IMG/VR virus record: IMGVR_UViG_3300008107_000033
Coordinates: 32,001-96,000 of that record
DNA: 64,000 bases
Direction: 5' to 3' (one strand)
From: a virus
Each line of letters starts with the position of its first letter. Position 1 is the stretch's first letter. Below the pieces are notes generated by a model. It was not told the origin of the DNA, searched no databases, and worked only from the letters and a program-made list of their open reading frames with translations. The position numbers and the translations under genes were made by a program. This document shows, in pieces, positions 1 to 13,700 of the stretch.

Positions 1-3000
1 TTGCAGTTTAAAGTTGGTGGAAAAATATTGTCTGACGAAGAAACATATTATATGTTAAGTGTTATAGGCAATCCAATATTTAATCAAGCAAAATTTGCTA
101 GCGTTTTTACAGGCAATAAACCAATTGATGCATTTATGGAAAAAATTACAAAAAGAATGAAAGGTTTAATCTCAGAAAGAGATATAACCATAACCGAGGA
201 TACCTTAAGAGCTGCTCTTGAAACCAAAGATCCTAAAGCAGTTGTTATTGAAGAGGGTTTAGAGATTTTAAGAAAGCACCTTGGATTAGGTGATGCAAAT
301 TCGCTAGAACAAAAAGCAATAAAACATATAGATTCTGCAACAATTTTAAACAAATCTTTAGAAAACTCTTTAAAGGGCACAGTTCAAGATCCACAAAAAT
401 TTATAGATAGTTTTTTTCAAAGATCGGACATAAAAGATTTAATACGCACTTCAACAAGCAATAAAGATTTAGAAGCTAAATTAGGCGAAATGAAAATAAA
501 AGGTTTTATTTCTGAAGAAGAAATTGAAATCTTTAAAAGATTTATGAAAGACGCAGAAAAAGAATTTGATGGTATTGCAGTTCTAAACAGTAAAGTAATT
601 TATGGAACAAAAGGCAAACCAAATGGTGTGATAAAAGAATTAGATACTCTAATAGCACAACTAAAACAAGATATAACAAATTCAACTTCTCCAACAAATA
701 CGCAGCAACTAATGCAAAGATTAGAATCATTACAACAAAGAAGAAGCGTTATAGGTTCTGCAGATAATATTTATCAAGTAACTGGTAGAGGATATTTTGG
801 TGGGTTTGGAGTAAAAACAGCATTTGATATTAGGGAATTGGGTACTGGTTTTGAAGATGTTGCTATGATAATAGGCAGATCTGGAATGAAAGAAGAAATA
901 GGGTTAGCTGGATCAAAAAATTTTATAACTATTAGCGGTTTTGGCTCATCAAGCAGTAAGGTGTATGCTGACCCAGTCTCTGTCGCATTCCATCCTGAGA
1001 TATTTGCAACCGCAGAAGAATTACAATCAATGGAACAATATTCAGCTCAAGTAATGAGCGACTTCCAAGAAGCAATAAACTCAGACGTTCTTCCTGAAAA
1101 AATTAGAAATATGTTAAACAAAAACGTTACGGAAGATCTCTCAAATCTTTCAGCGTCTGCAAGATCAGCAAAGGTAAGAAACCAAGAATATGCAAGGAGA
1201 ATTCTTGAACTACATCAATCTGGAATAGGCCCTAAACAGTCTCCAGAAATGATGAACCTATTACACAGCACGTTTGCATCAGAAGCCTTTAGAATGACAA
1301 CCAAGGCAGGACAAGAAAGATATCTCCCCACAATGCCTAACGTTTCAAGATTCGCAGTAAGCACTGAAACAGCTGCAGCCTTGGGTGCTACTGAAGTAAA
1401 TGGAATTCTACAAGGTGGAGAACGTTCAATACTTGGTAAGGGTATAGAAAATATTAATTTTAAATTAGCTGGAAATAATGAGACAGCAGAATTATTAAAA
1501 TTTAGAATTAGTAATGGAAGATTATTTTTTGCACCTGGTGCAGTTCCAGAATTTTTTGAATCATTGGGTGGATTTGACTTGGACGACAAAGGCCTGCCAA
1601 AGCTAATGACCTATGAAGATGTAGCTGGCAAGAGGAGATTGGCATTTAGTTTAACAAGACAACCTTCTGGTCTACAAGAGAGTATTATCGCTAGTGCAAA
1701 GTTAAATGATATAAAAACATTAAGAGCTCTTTTTGGTGAAAAAGAAGATTTTAAAAAAGTTCTAGCCGAACTATCTAATGCACGGAGATTCTGAAGCCGG
1801 AAGATTATTGTTGGCTTTAGACCCAGATAAATATGGAAGCCTTTCTAAAGGCTACAGTGCAACAGAGGAAGAAATAGAACAAGTGATAATGCGAGCTTAT
1901 GGAAAGCAGAAAATAAAAGGAAAAGAAATAGGCCTTGATAGGCAAATAGGAAAAATGGATGAAACAATGCTGGAGAACCTTGTTAAGTATAAGGGATCAC
2001 CTTCCGCGCTAAAGAATACAGATCTATATAGTAGAAGTCGAGTTTATAAAATATTTAAAGATTTTACCTTAGGTAATCAGATAGAAGATTTACTTGATAA
2101 ATATAAGAGTGGATTGAGCAATACATTATATTCAGAATTAAAAAATGCATTAGCAAATACTGACGAAAAAACAAAAAGGGCAGCACTGACTACAATAGTT
2201 AATACAAATATTGATAATGAAGGCATGCAAGCTCTTTTAACTCATTCCGTGTTCAGGAAAATGGAAACCGCAGCACTAGAAGAAGGAAATATACTTGGTG
2301 TTTATGTCAATAGAACTATGGTTGTTGGTTCTACGCTAAATCAATTTGACGAATACATGAAGCTTATAGAAAACAATGCTCAAATAAGTGACAAGTTAAA
2401 AAAGATTTTAGGAAAAGAAATAGGACAAGTTTCTGCAGAAACTGCAATTGACACAAGCGTTAACTATTCGAGTTCTCGTTTTAGAGCAGAAATAAAAAAT
2501 ATAACGGAATTAGCCTACGAAGCTCAACAAGCTGGTGGGAGTGACTCTGATATACAAAGAGCAGCACTTAAAGCCTTAGGTTATACTGATGATGATATAG
2601 CAAGAGGATTAAATATAGATATAGTTGGCAGTAAAAATATTACAGTATTGGGAGAAAGGTTTGGTGCAGCAACTGCATTAATGACATCTCAGGAATTTGG
2701 TGGACAATTTGATGCAAGTTTAAGGCCAGTAATAGACCAAATATTATTGGAAGATAGATTATCAAAGTCTGATATTGATAATTTATTTCAATCTATTCGA
2801 AAAGGAATCAAAGATGCAAGGGATGCTCAAACGTTAACAGGTTCTCAGTTGGATCAGTTAGAAGAAGATCTGTTAAAGGTGCCAGATTCTGAAGCGGAAA
2901 TTAGATCAGCACTTGGTAGAATATTTGGAGCATCTGCAGAACACAAGTACGCATCAATGGCAAAATTAAATAAAATTGGAGAAAAAACTAGAGCTCAGTT

Positions 3001-4234
3001 TGACCTAATCAAAAGACTTAATCTTAACACAGTGCCACAGGATCATATCCTGGCAGCTACAAATATTTCTGAAGAAGCAAGGAAAGTAGCTAATGTTTTA
3101 TTAGATAAACACTCTGAAGCATATCAAGATGTAACAGCAAACTTGTTAAGTGAATATTCAGAATATGAAAAAATATTAACAGACGAAAGAAGGTTTAGAT
3201 TAGGTCAGCAGGTTTTTGAAGATCTAAGTGGAGCACAACAAATAACTGGCCTATCAAGAGAAGAACTAATAAATGCTGTAGATAAAGTGGCGGCCGAAAG
3301 AAAAGTCTTAACTCGTCAACGTGGAATAGATTTATCAACACTTTATTATCTAGATGATGAAAACTTTGCAGGTCAGGTTACAACAGCGAGAACAAAAAGA
3401 ATAGCTTCAGCAATCAAGGTTACAGCTGGGGATTTAGAAGAGCAAGTCCTAAATGAATTAAACAAAGTTACCAGTTCAGCTCAAGCTAATCAAAGCTCGG
3501 TTGGAACAATTCTTGACGATTTTTTTAAGAAAATGCTAAATTCGACTACTGCTTCTGATGAAGAAAAGTATTTAGCACAAGCCGCTTTAGGTGATAAAGT
3601 AGAAGGGGCCACTGCGGAGCAAGCTGATTTAGCAAGAAGGCGAGCTAGGGTCGTTAGAATCCAAGCAGTAAACGAAGTATTACAGCAAGATCAAGCAGTA
3701 GCTCAAGCACTAACGGCAACCGGACAAACAACTTTTACTGGCGATGATAATTTAAGGAAAGCAATTAATGCAGCCATGAATGACGAAGACTACACTGCCT
3801 TCATGAATGCAAAGGGTAAATATGTCAGATTCTCTGAGTATATGAAATCTGGAGAATTAAAAAATTTATTTAAAAATAATAAGTTATTTAAAAATTCAAT
3901 ATATGCAACTGGCGCCTTAATAGTTGGCAGCTTTGCCTACCAGAGTTTTAAAGATCATACACCAGAAAAAATTCAAGGACCACCAATGCTTCCTGGTGGA
4001 TCAGCTTATGAGGGTCAATATCCAAATAGAGTTTCAGAAATTCCGCAAATAGGAACAGTATCTTATAACCCAGGAGTAAGTTACAAAGTTAATTTATATG
4101 GCAATAGAAGACAAGTTTCACAGTTTCAAGACATGGCCATGGGACTCGGAAACTTCGATATGGACACTACTATGTATTCTGGAATCCCACGAGTTGGAAC
4201 GGATCCTTATCAGCAGCTAGCTAGCTCATATTAA
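1..4234 (+). CDS. Large virion-associated protein (possibly tape-measure-like), 5' end outside the window; ORFs 1..1794 and 1778..4234 joined by a +1 frameshift at CGGA 1783-1786 (at least 1410 aa in window)
   Basis: Frame 0 reads AAT GCA CGG AGA TTC TGA. The +1 frame continues GGA GAT TCT GAA for over 800 codons. The protein is helical and Ala/Lys/Glu-rich with a hydrophobic C-terminal stretch and lies upstream of the baseplate genes. Function is inferred from position only. Confidence 0.6.
1783..1786 (+). other. +1 recoding site CGGA (site 1)
   Basis: In-frame CGG-A; the shift must lie between the +1-frame TAG at 1763 and the 0-frame TGA at 1792. Confidence 0.8.
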
Positions 4235-4239
4235 GGTTA

Positions 4240-4701
4240 ATGTATATGATTTTTGGTGCAGACAAACAAAATAAAAATTTAAAAGACGCTGCATCTAAAC
4301 GAATAGATACTAGTCCAAGAACGCAAACCTCAAATAAGTATGCAGCAAAGATAGCCTCTAGCAAGAACATATCAAGCGGCTCAGACACTTCTGGAGCCCA
4401 AAGCACACAATATACCCCAAAGGGCAATATCAATCAATCTGACCCACTGAGAGGCTCCTGGGAGGGCTTAGATAAGGGATCTTCAACCCATATCCAGATG
4501 AATGGAAGTGGATATTTAAATCCATCAATTCAAAAAGCTAGATACAATAAAACCTTTGCCTCTCATTCTGGAGGTTTAAAGCAAGATTCTTTTACAAAGA
4601 GAAATTTTAGAAGTATAATTGACAATAGAAGTGGTAATACTGTGGAAGGATCTTCTTCCGAAATTATAAGTTCATTGAACAGAAGAAACAATTTAATATA
4701 A
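4240..4701 (+). CDS. Hypothetical protein (basic, Ser-rich)
   Basis: 153-aa ORF tightly packed between its neighbours. Confidence 0.7.
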   Translation: MYMIFGADKQNKNLKDAASKRIDTSPRTQTSNKYAAKIASSKNISSGSDTSGAQSTQYTPKGNINQSDPLRGSWEGLDKGSSTHIQMNGSGYLNPSIQKARYNKTFASHSGGLKQDSFTKRNFRSIIDNRSGNTVEGSSSEIISSLNRRNNLI

Positions 4702-4704
4702 ATT

Positions 4705-7700
4705 ATGCCCATTAACGAAAAAGCATTAGAAGCAGAGAACAAAGAACTTAATAATTTTTCTGACCCTACACGTTCCGGTGAAGATACCCTTAGAGAATTA
4801 TTAAAGCTAATGAACAGAATTAGCCCAACTGCACCAGATAGCGAATTTGATACTTGGCTTAAGGCTGGATTTTTTGGAACTCAATCTGGAAACTTTGAAG
4901 AAAAAAAAGCAGTAGCAGTAAGAATTTTTCAGGGAACGGATATAGAAAGAATAGCAAAATTAGATAGTAAGTATCGCGGTAAAATATTTGGCAAAATATT
5001 AAACACAGGATTATTTAATTTAGCATTTAACGCATTTCCTATTTCAGAATTTGGTAAAGAAAGATTATATTCTGTCGCTACGGCAAGAAAAGGTGCAGCT
5101 GATGCACTTGACCCAGCCAGAGATACTGCCTGGTTAACTCAGCTCATGCAGGTTGTTAGAAACATATCTGCAGATCCAATTACTCTTGGTGTTATTAATT
5201 CTTATTTTCCTAGTCTTGTTACATTTTTATTTGACGCTATTGCAATAACTGCTGATTATTCAAGTGGCGGTGAAGTTAATGGGGAATCTGAAGATAGCAT
5301 AAATAATATGAAAGACTTTATAGCAAGTCTTGAAAAAGCTTTTGGTCGAGGATTAAACGATTCAAATCAAACATTTAAAGAAGCCGTATTTACAATGGCA
5401 TTTAATTTTGAAAATACGGCAAAGAGAATGAAAAAAGTATTAGACAATTCTCCGTACAGAGAAAACACTCAACCTACTTCTCCGGATGTTTTTCATCTGC
5501 GAATTGGTGCAGCTAATTTCTTTGTTCCACCATTGTCAATAGATGTTAATACTTCGTTTAAAACTGGCAGTTTAATGGGTGGAGCTCTGAGGCAAAAAAA
5601 TACTCCAAAGTTTAATTCTGGTTATAAAGAAAGCTCTATTAGAATGAGATTATTCTTTCCTAACTATGAGGAAATTTGGGGCATATCAATAGATGATGCT
5701 TCAAAGATAGTCGTTGGAAATAATTACGAAATTGATTTTAAGTCCGATGGATCAAGTGATCAAAAGATAGATAAGTTTTTATCATCACTTCGTGGACTAG
5801 TAGCTGCATTTAAATACTCGCCATTCCTACCTGTTAGAAACCACTATCTTAATACAGTACATGGAATCACTGCTGTGGCTTTATCGAGCATGTCTATATC
5901 AACTGTTCCGAATTTTCCATTTGCCCTAGCGGTTGATATAGAACTTTTAAATTTTAATCATAAACCATTACTGCCTATGATTAACGACTTTAACCAGGCA
6001 ATACACTGGGGTAAGTATAGACAGTTTATGGGCAAGGCAGCTGGCGCTCTGCATAATTATGTTAATGGAAGCTTCTTAATGAAGACAATTGATGAAAAAG
6101 TTCCAGAAAAAACAATTGATACTGGTACAGTAACCGTAGGAACTGGGACCTACGAAACAAGTCCATACGGTGCATCATTGCAAAAAACACTGCTAGAAAA
6201 ACAATCATCATATTATGATGATATATTAAAAACAAATATAGTATCAGAATGGAATGATGGAAGGAATATTAGCTTCTATGTTCCAGCAGAAACTCAAACA
6301 AAAATATTTTTACCAGATGCCACTTCATGGAGAAACGATGAAGAAAGGCTAATGAGTGATCAAAGTCAAGATTTTTGGGGAAAAATTTTAAATGGTTTTG
6401 GGGTAGACATAAACGAATCAGCTGGGTATGGATTAAATTTAAGTGGTGTATATAATGTATCTAAAAATACTGGAATTAATCCTAATATAAAATATCATTT
6501 ATCAACAATAATGGATATTCTTACCGCTGGATTAAACGACGATTCATATCGCAAAAAAGTTTATAGCTATGTAGCAACATTATTCGTCAAAGAAAATTCA
6601 TTAGATAGCGCACAACAAGCTTATATTCTCAATATTGATAGTACAAATGTTCCACCAGAAACAGGTGTAGTGACGTACACATTTAACTCTATCGACTATG
6701 AAGAAAAAACACTTCAGCAAATGAAGAATTATTTAAAGAACATTGCTAAAAGTTCTAAGAATCTTTTGGATCAACAAACTAAAGCATTAGCAGATAGTCA
6801 AGCAAGAAAAGCTGGCATCAAGGTTCCTGACACCGTAGCAGAAGGGTCTACTTCTTATAAGAATATATATAATAAAATAAGGAGTCAAATTAAAGATGGA
6901 TTTAACTTAACTCTTTATGAAAGATTTTTTAAGAGCGCACCAATAGAAGAGCTTCTTGAAGCAGCGCGAGCAAAGCAAGGATCATTTTCGTTTAGAGAAT
7001 GGGAAGTCCCTATGCTTAAGATAGATCTTGATCCAACTGCAGCAATAGTGACTGGAGTTTCACTAACTCTTGGTAATAACATCGCTAAATTGCAATTGCA
7101 AATGCAAGATGAACCAACCTATCAGCATATAGGTGGCAAAGATACTTACATTAATATTTCAATGAGAATTATTGGAGAAAAAGAACTAGCAAAACTAAAG
7201 AGAATATTTGATCACGTCAATGCTTTGGCAAGGTTGGAGCATTCAACTGGCGTTCTTGGTTATATTGGGATTAAAAATATAGTTACCGCATTATCAGGCG
7301 TCAAATATGTATTGCCATCAAACTTTTCTGTCAATACAATTCCGGGTTTTCCTCATGTGTATGATGTAAATATAAGTTTAATTGATTTTGACATTTTTCA
7401 ACAAGCAAGAGAAAGATTAGATTCAAATCAACAAAGGGAATTAATAGAGCATTTTTCTACTAAAAAGAATCCATTCCTTAGAATTAAACAAATGTGGGGA
7501 TTATTTAATGCGTATCCAGATCTTCCTCTTGAAATAAAAAATGACAAAAATGAAGTCGTAGGACATCTTGATCCAGACTTCTATTTTAGAAGTTTTGAAA
7601 TGTTTGATAGAGATATAATAAATAATATATCAACTGCTCCAAAACAATTAGATATCCCTGGCACAAATGATAATGTAGGCACAAAAATAACCAAAGAAAT

Positions 7701-10700
7701 GCACGTTCATGTAGCAAATGAAATAACTAAATTCCTAAGAATTTATCCATCTGCCAATGCAGCTAACGGTATTTTTCAAGAAACTAGAAAAGAAATATTG
7801 AATGATGTAATTTATTATCTTGAAAAAACTGATATGAGTTTTGAACAATTTATTTCTATTTTTGAAAAAGTAATTGATAATCCAAGTTATTTTAAAATAG
7901 GTAATTCAAATGAAAGAAGTAAAATTGGCTCACTTAAGAAAAATTTAATTACAGATTATATAGAATATAAAAAACCAGAAGATCCTAATTCTGAAGATGG
8001 ATTCTTAAACAAGGTATCCTCCGCTCCATATCAGGTAGGAGATATTAGTTCTACTAGTTCTGAACTTTTGTCAGAAATAAAAGCAACTTTAGCTGGAAAA
8101 CATAGTTTGAAAGCCGAAGAATTAGTAAGCTTTGATCCAGATGAATTAGAGTTTCATCATATTATTACAACTTATCCAATTAAAGATAAAGATGAACCAA
8201 ATAAAATACCAGCAATATTACAGACTGCTCTTGGTTCTAACCTTGGATATCTTGATATGGAAAAAGACGGAAGATTCTATCTTACATTAGATGGAGTTAA
8301 TGTAAAGAAAACTGAAGAAGGCGCAAAGCTAGAACCAAGAGGGATATCTGATAAACATTCAGACCCATCATATTCTGCTACTCAAGCATCGATATCTGGC
8401 TCAACTGCCTACGCAAATTATCAACAGCCATATTCGCATGGAGCTGGAACAGTTCCAGAAACAATGAATAGCTCCAAGCCAGTAGACACGGTTGAATCTC
8501 ACTGGGAAAAAATGCTTGTTGATACATCTTATAGGGACGTGTCAGGCAGAATGCTTAGAGCATTCCCAACGTACATGTTGTGGTTAATTGATGAGGGTGG
8601 ATACTTTTCAGGTGTTAAAGTTTTCGATAATTTTTATGGATTGCAATCAATAATAGATTTTTCTATTATACAGTCAGAAGATCTTCTTGGTGACACATTG
8701 GTATTTAGAGTGTCAAATCTTTATTCAAAACTTTCCAAAAAAGAATCCGCCTCGTTCTTTTCGGTAGACTCAGAATATTCACAAGATAATCCAAGTTTAA
8801 CAGATGGTCTTTCAAGCATAATAGATGTTACCTTAAATAAAGCTAGAAATGTATTAGCTCATATGAAAAATGAGTATGTTGTTGATATAGAAAATATAAG
8901 ATTAAAACCAGGTGTTAGAGTCCACTTAAGAGGTGGTTACGGAGCAAATCCTAATTCACTTCAAACATTGTTTAATGGTGTTATTAGTCAGGTAGAGCTT
9001 GGCGAAATTGTAACTGTAACGGCACAATCAGACGCGATAGAATTAGGCGCAGTTGTAAATTCAACAAATAAAAAAGGTGACAGTGGAAAAATAGATGGAG
9101 GAATAAATACTGGTCTTTGGATGTCAGAGCCAAGAGACTTGATGGTTAGGCTTTTGTCTATGGGAGCTTCTAGATTTAGAGAAGGAATAGCTTACGCTAA
9201 CAGGGGATTGGTTTTCTCTGAAAATAAATTTGGAATAAGACACTTTGGTTCAATCGTTTACGAACCTCTTACGGTTGATGAAGAAAGAAAACATCAAGCA
9301 AGAATAGATGCTCTTTCTGATACCTATAATGCAGTCGGCTCGGGTAATGCTAGTGGTCTTGGAAAATCTGCATTAGATGTAGCTGTTGGAACAAATGAGT
9401 TTAGAAATCCAGTATTTTCTTTAATGAATCAACTATGGGCAAATTTTTCTCAAGCGAGAGATTTTGAGATATTTAAGAGAAATATTTATCCAGGAAATGG
9501 AACTGGAATAGCACAATTCCTTGGTGGAGACTTAGGCGACGGTTGGACATCTGTTTCTTCAATAACACCAGATGATCGACCAAACGAAAGAATTGAATAT
9601 TTATCCAGATTAACAGATAGAAGCTGGAATGGGCTTGTTCAAAAATATGCAGAAGGAGACGTTGACGCTAAAGTAGCAGTTGAGGGCGAAACCGCACAAG
9701 GAGAACTAAGAGATAGGTCTGGATCAGCAGCAGCGGGTTCATCGATTGCGATAAGTGGTTTAATCGGCATATCCGCAGTTGTTGGTGGTCCAGTTGGAGT
9801 TGTTGGCGCAACAGTTGGTGCAGGTCTTCTTGGAGTTCTTACTACAAGAGGTGGTAACAATATTTTCAACATGCTCGGCCTAACGTCTACCCTAGATGAC
9901 GACATGCCTGGTTTTGATGAAGTTTCATTTAGAGCTCAAACATATATGAGGTCTGTATGGGATTTATTCCAAACATGCGCAAGACTGCTTCCAAACTATA
10001 TAGTTGCAGTAAGGCCATTTGAAGATAGGTCAACTGTGTTCTACGGTAAACCGCATTGGCTCTATACTTCAGGTGTAGTTCCAGTGACTACTGGGTATCC
10101 GGGTGATGAAAAAATGGCCGAGCTTGGCATTAATATGGGCCCTAAGGTTGCCGACCCAGATTTTGAGTTGAGTAGAATAATAACTGAAATAAATAAAAAC
10201 TCAAGTTCTTATTCAGACGCAGATGCTTTTTACAGAGGTACAGAGCCAACAGACACAATTGCTCAATTCGCTTCTCTTCAAAAAAATGCACAAGGTTATT
10301 ATGCAGCCTCTGCAGACTTGAGGGGGCAATTAATTAATTTTAATTCAAATAAATCAAAAGTTAAAATTAACTCAAAAGGAATAACAACTGCAAAACTTCC
10401 AAAAACAAAAGGTGTAGTTACAATGGGATTTCACCTCCCAGTTGCAAATGTTATATCTGGCAAAGCCGTTACTAATTCAGTTTCAAAAGTTGTACACCCA
10501 TCAGATCCACATAGTGAAATACCACAACTTCCTTCTAGATTTAGATTTCCATTATTTACAAATAGAGCTGATATAAATGGTGAGTATAGATTAGAAAACT
10601 TTGCATTTCAAAAAGGACAAATTAAAGGTTATTCTAAAGTTAACAGAGTTATCAGTGATTTAGGAAATTCTAACGCTGATGCAGGAACTACTGGTTCAAT

Positions 10701-13700
10701 TGGTGTTGGCACAGGACAGGCTCTAGTGGATTTGGTTAAAGGAATATTCGCAGACGATCAAAGTCAAGTTGCATCTTACACAAATGAAGAAGTATATGAT
10801 AACTATCTACAGAGTGTTTCATCTGTATATGGGGATGCGTTTGTTGAACTTTTAGTCCCAGATAATAATAATGTCCTTGATAGAGGACTTCGAGTAGACG
10901 ATATAGCAGATGTTACTATAAACTCATATGATTTTAGTGGACCAATTGAAATTGGGTCAGAATCTATTATGATCTCAATGCCGTTGCCATCCAAAAGAAA
11001 TACATTAGAGATAGATTTTTCTGAGTGGGGAATGCCAAAAAACTCTGAAGAAGAACAATTCTATATTGCAATGAGATGGCCATATAAGCCAAATGCAAGT
11101 GAAACAGAAATAGCAAGATTTGCAAAAAAATATTTTAATTCAGAAACAAATGAATTAATTGGAAACGTTGAAGAGTATAAAAATTCTCACATATTAGTTT
11201 ATAATCCAGATACAAACAGTGGCGTTGTTTGCAAGCCAGCATATTTTTTATGGGGAGAAACTAAGTCTAATTTTCTTTCTGATGGAACCTCTACCGTTAG
11301 TAGCGAATATAATTTAGATATATCTGAAAGAACAATAGATGCGGTTGTTTCTCCAGACGCAGCTTACTTTCTTGGAATAATTTCTGGTGACGATGTAATT
11401 TTTTCTGATGGTAGAAAAAAAGTATTTAATAAAGGAAAAGGATATAGTGACCTACCAATTCCAAGAGAGTGTTATTTTGCGTTTGTTCCAGATACAGTAT
11501 CACTAGGTGTTGCAACTAGTGCGTTTATCCCAGGTAAAAAATTTGCGCTATTAGATGATTCAGGCAAAGAACTTGAAGATTTTTTAATTGGTTTTGGAGA
11601 ATTTCATTCAGAAGAAGGTAATCTAACCGCTAAACCAACAGCAAAGTTAGCCTCTGGATACAGAGGTGCTGGAGCAAATCCTGGTGGAGTACAAGGATTT
11701 GTTCCAGATAGAGCAGATGACTATGAAAAGTACAGGAATAATCTTACGGAATATTATCCTGTAGCTAAGCTAGCAGAGACTTCTGATTTCAGGTATGCAG
11801 GAAATTATACAGATTACTATAAAAATATATTTACTGATATTAGCACTGTAACTAGCAGAGATAAAGGTTATGATATTTTAGATGATGAGGTAGCAACAAC
11901 TGGTGATCCACTTAGCAATAAGGGAAGAAACCAATTTAAAACAGTCTTTAGTATGGTTGATTCAATATCAATTGAGGCAAGAAAATACTATGATGAAGCA
12001 TATGATCTAAACGTTTCTGTAATTGCTGGAGATGGCAGAAGTTTAAGTACGGCTCAAGATATATGGGATCAATTTAGATTTGGATATCATACCTATAGTT
12101 CTGTTAAGACAATATTTTTTAATACATTTGGTTTTGATCCTGAAAGTCAAGAAGATTTTTCTGAAGATATAATGAATATATTAATTAATGGCGACGCATC
12201 AAAGGGTATATTCAAAAAATATAAAGAAACGTTAGGAACGGCAACAGACGAATTTGCAATATTATTTGGTAATGAAGAAGCTTCATCGCGACAAGCAGCT
12301 ATAGAATTTGCAAGAAAGAATTTTATAGATGCACCCATTGCAGAAAGTGGCTTAATTGAATATTATGATTTAATGACTTTAGATAAAATAAAAGCTTTTA
12401 AAGAAAACTTTTTCTTAGATAATACTGAAGTTTTACAAGAACTTAGTGGGCAAACTGGAGATTTAATTAAAAATCCTCAACAATTATTTCTTGTTATGGT
12501 TGGTTTATTTAGGCAAGCTATGTGGGCAGATCCATACGCAAGAGCTTGGCTTGTTCTTAAACCATCCAGGAAAATAGGAATTGGATTTGGCACTGCAAGT
12601 GGTAAAGATCAATGGGACTTTAAACCCGTGGATAAAATATTTGCTGCGTTTATTAACCCAAATAATACTTACTCAAAAGATAAAAAGAAATTTTTACAAT
12701 TACTTTACAACAACAAAGGTGAAGGCAGTACATCTTCAAATTTCTTTACAAGAGCGACTAGTGGAATAGATAATTTTTGGGATAGAAATATAGGACCTAT
12801 ATTTTCCGCAATGGGTACAGCTTTATCTGGGCTAGTTAATATGTTTAAGCTCAATATGCTTCAGACTGGATATGGATTATCTCAAATAGGTTCTTTGTCA
12901 AAACAAGCAAATATTTTAAATAAAGCTCTGAATGATTCAATTTACTACCAGTTAGGTAGGCCAGGATCTCTTTTGAGAGCAGTTGATAATCCATTCACAA
13001 GAGAGTATGGAGAGCCAGTAATAGAAATTAGAGAGCCATTCCAAAGAGTACATTATCTAAGTTCTTTTAGCCATATTCTTTCAAATCAAATTCAAGAAAC
13101 AACGACAAATGTATCCACCGTAGTTACAGCTGTATCTGATGGAAAATATCCAGTTACAGTAGCTCTTGACAAAGGTGCACCAGCAGAAAGGCAAATGGAG
13201 TCAACTGTAGAAACAGGAATATATTTTGATAATGTTGTTGGAAGTGGTTTCTTTGGATTCCTTCACCCATTGCTACATCCTTTTGAAACTGGGAGAGGAA
13301 TATCAAAAAATTTAACTGGAGCCCCTGATGAACTCTCAGCTAAGAGAGTTGCACTATCTCATCTTAAAGAAAATATTAAAGATATATATGGTGGAGAGTT
13401 ATTAATTATAGGAAATCCCGACATAAGACCGCATGATATAGTTTATCTTGCTGACGTATACGAAAGAATGTACGGCTTATTCGAAGTAGAACAAGTCATA
13501 CATCACTTTACTTCTGAACTTGGTTTTGTAACTTCAATAACCCCAAATGCACTTGTAACCGTAAATGATCCAGCAAAGTGGTTTATGACATCATGGATTC
13601 ATTCATGGATGAACATGCAGGCAATAAGAAATGATACTAGATTATTCTTAGATGCAGTGAGGGCAGATAACTCAGGAATAACTCTTGGCGGCGATATATC

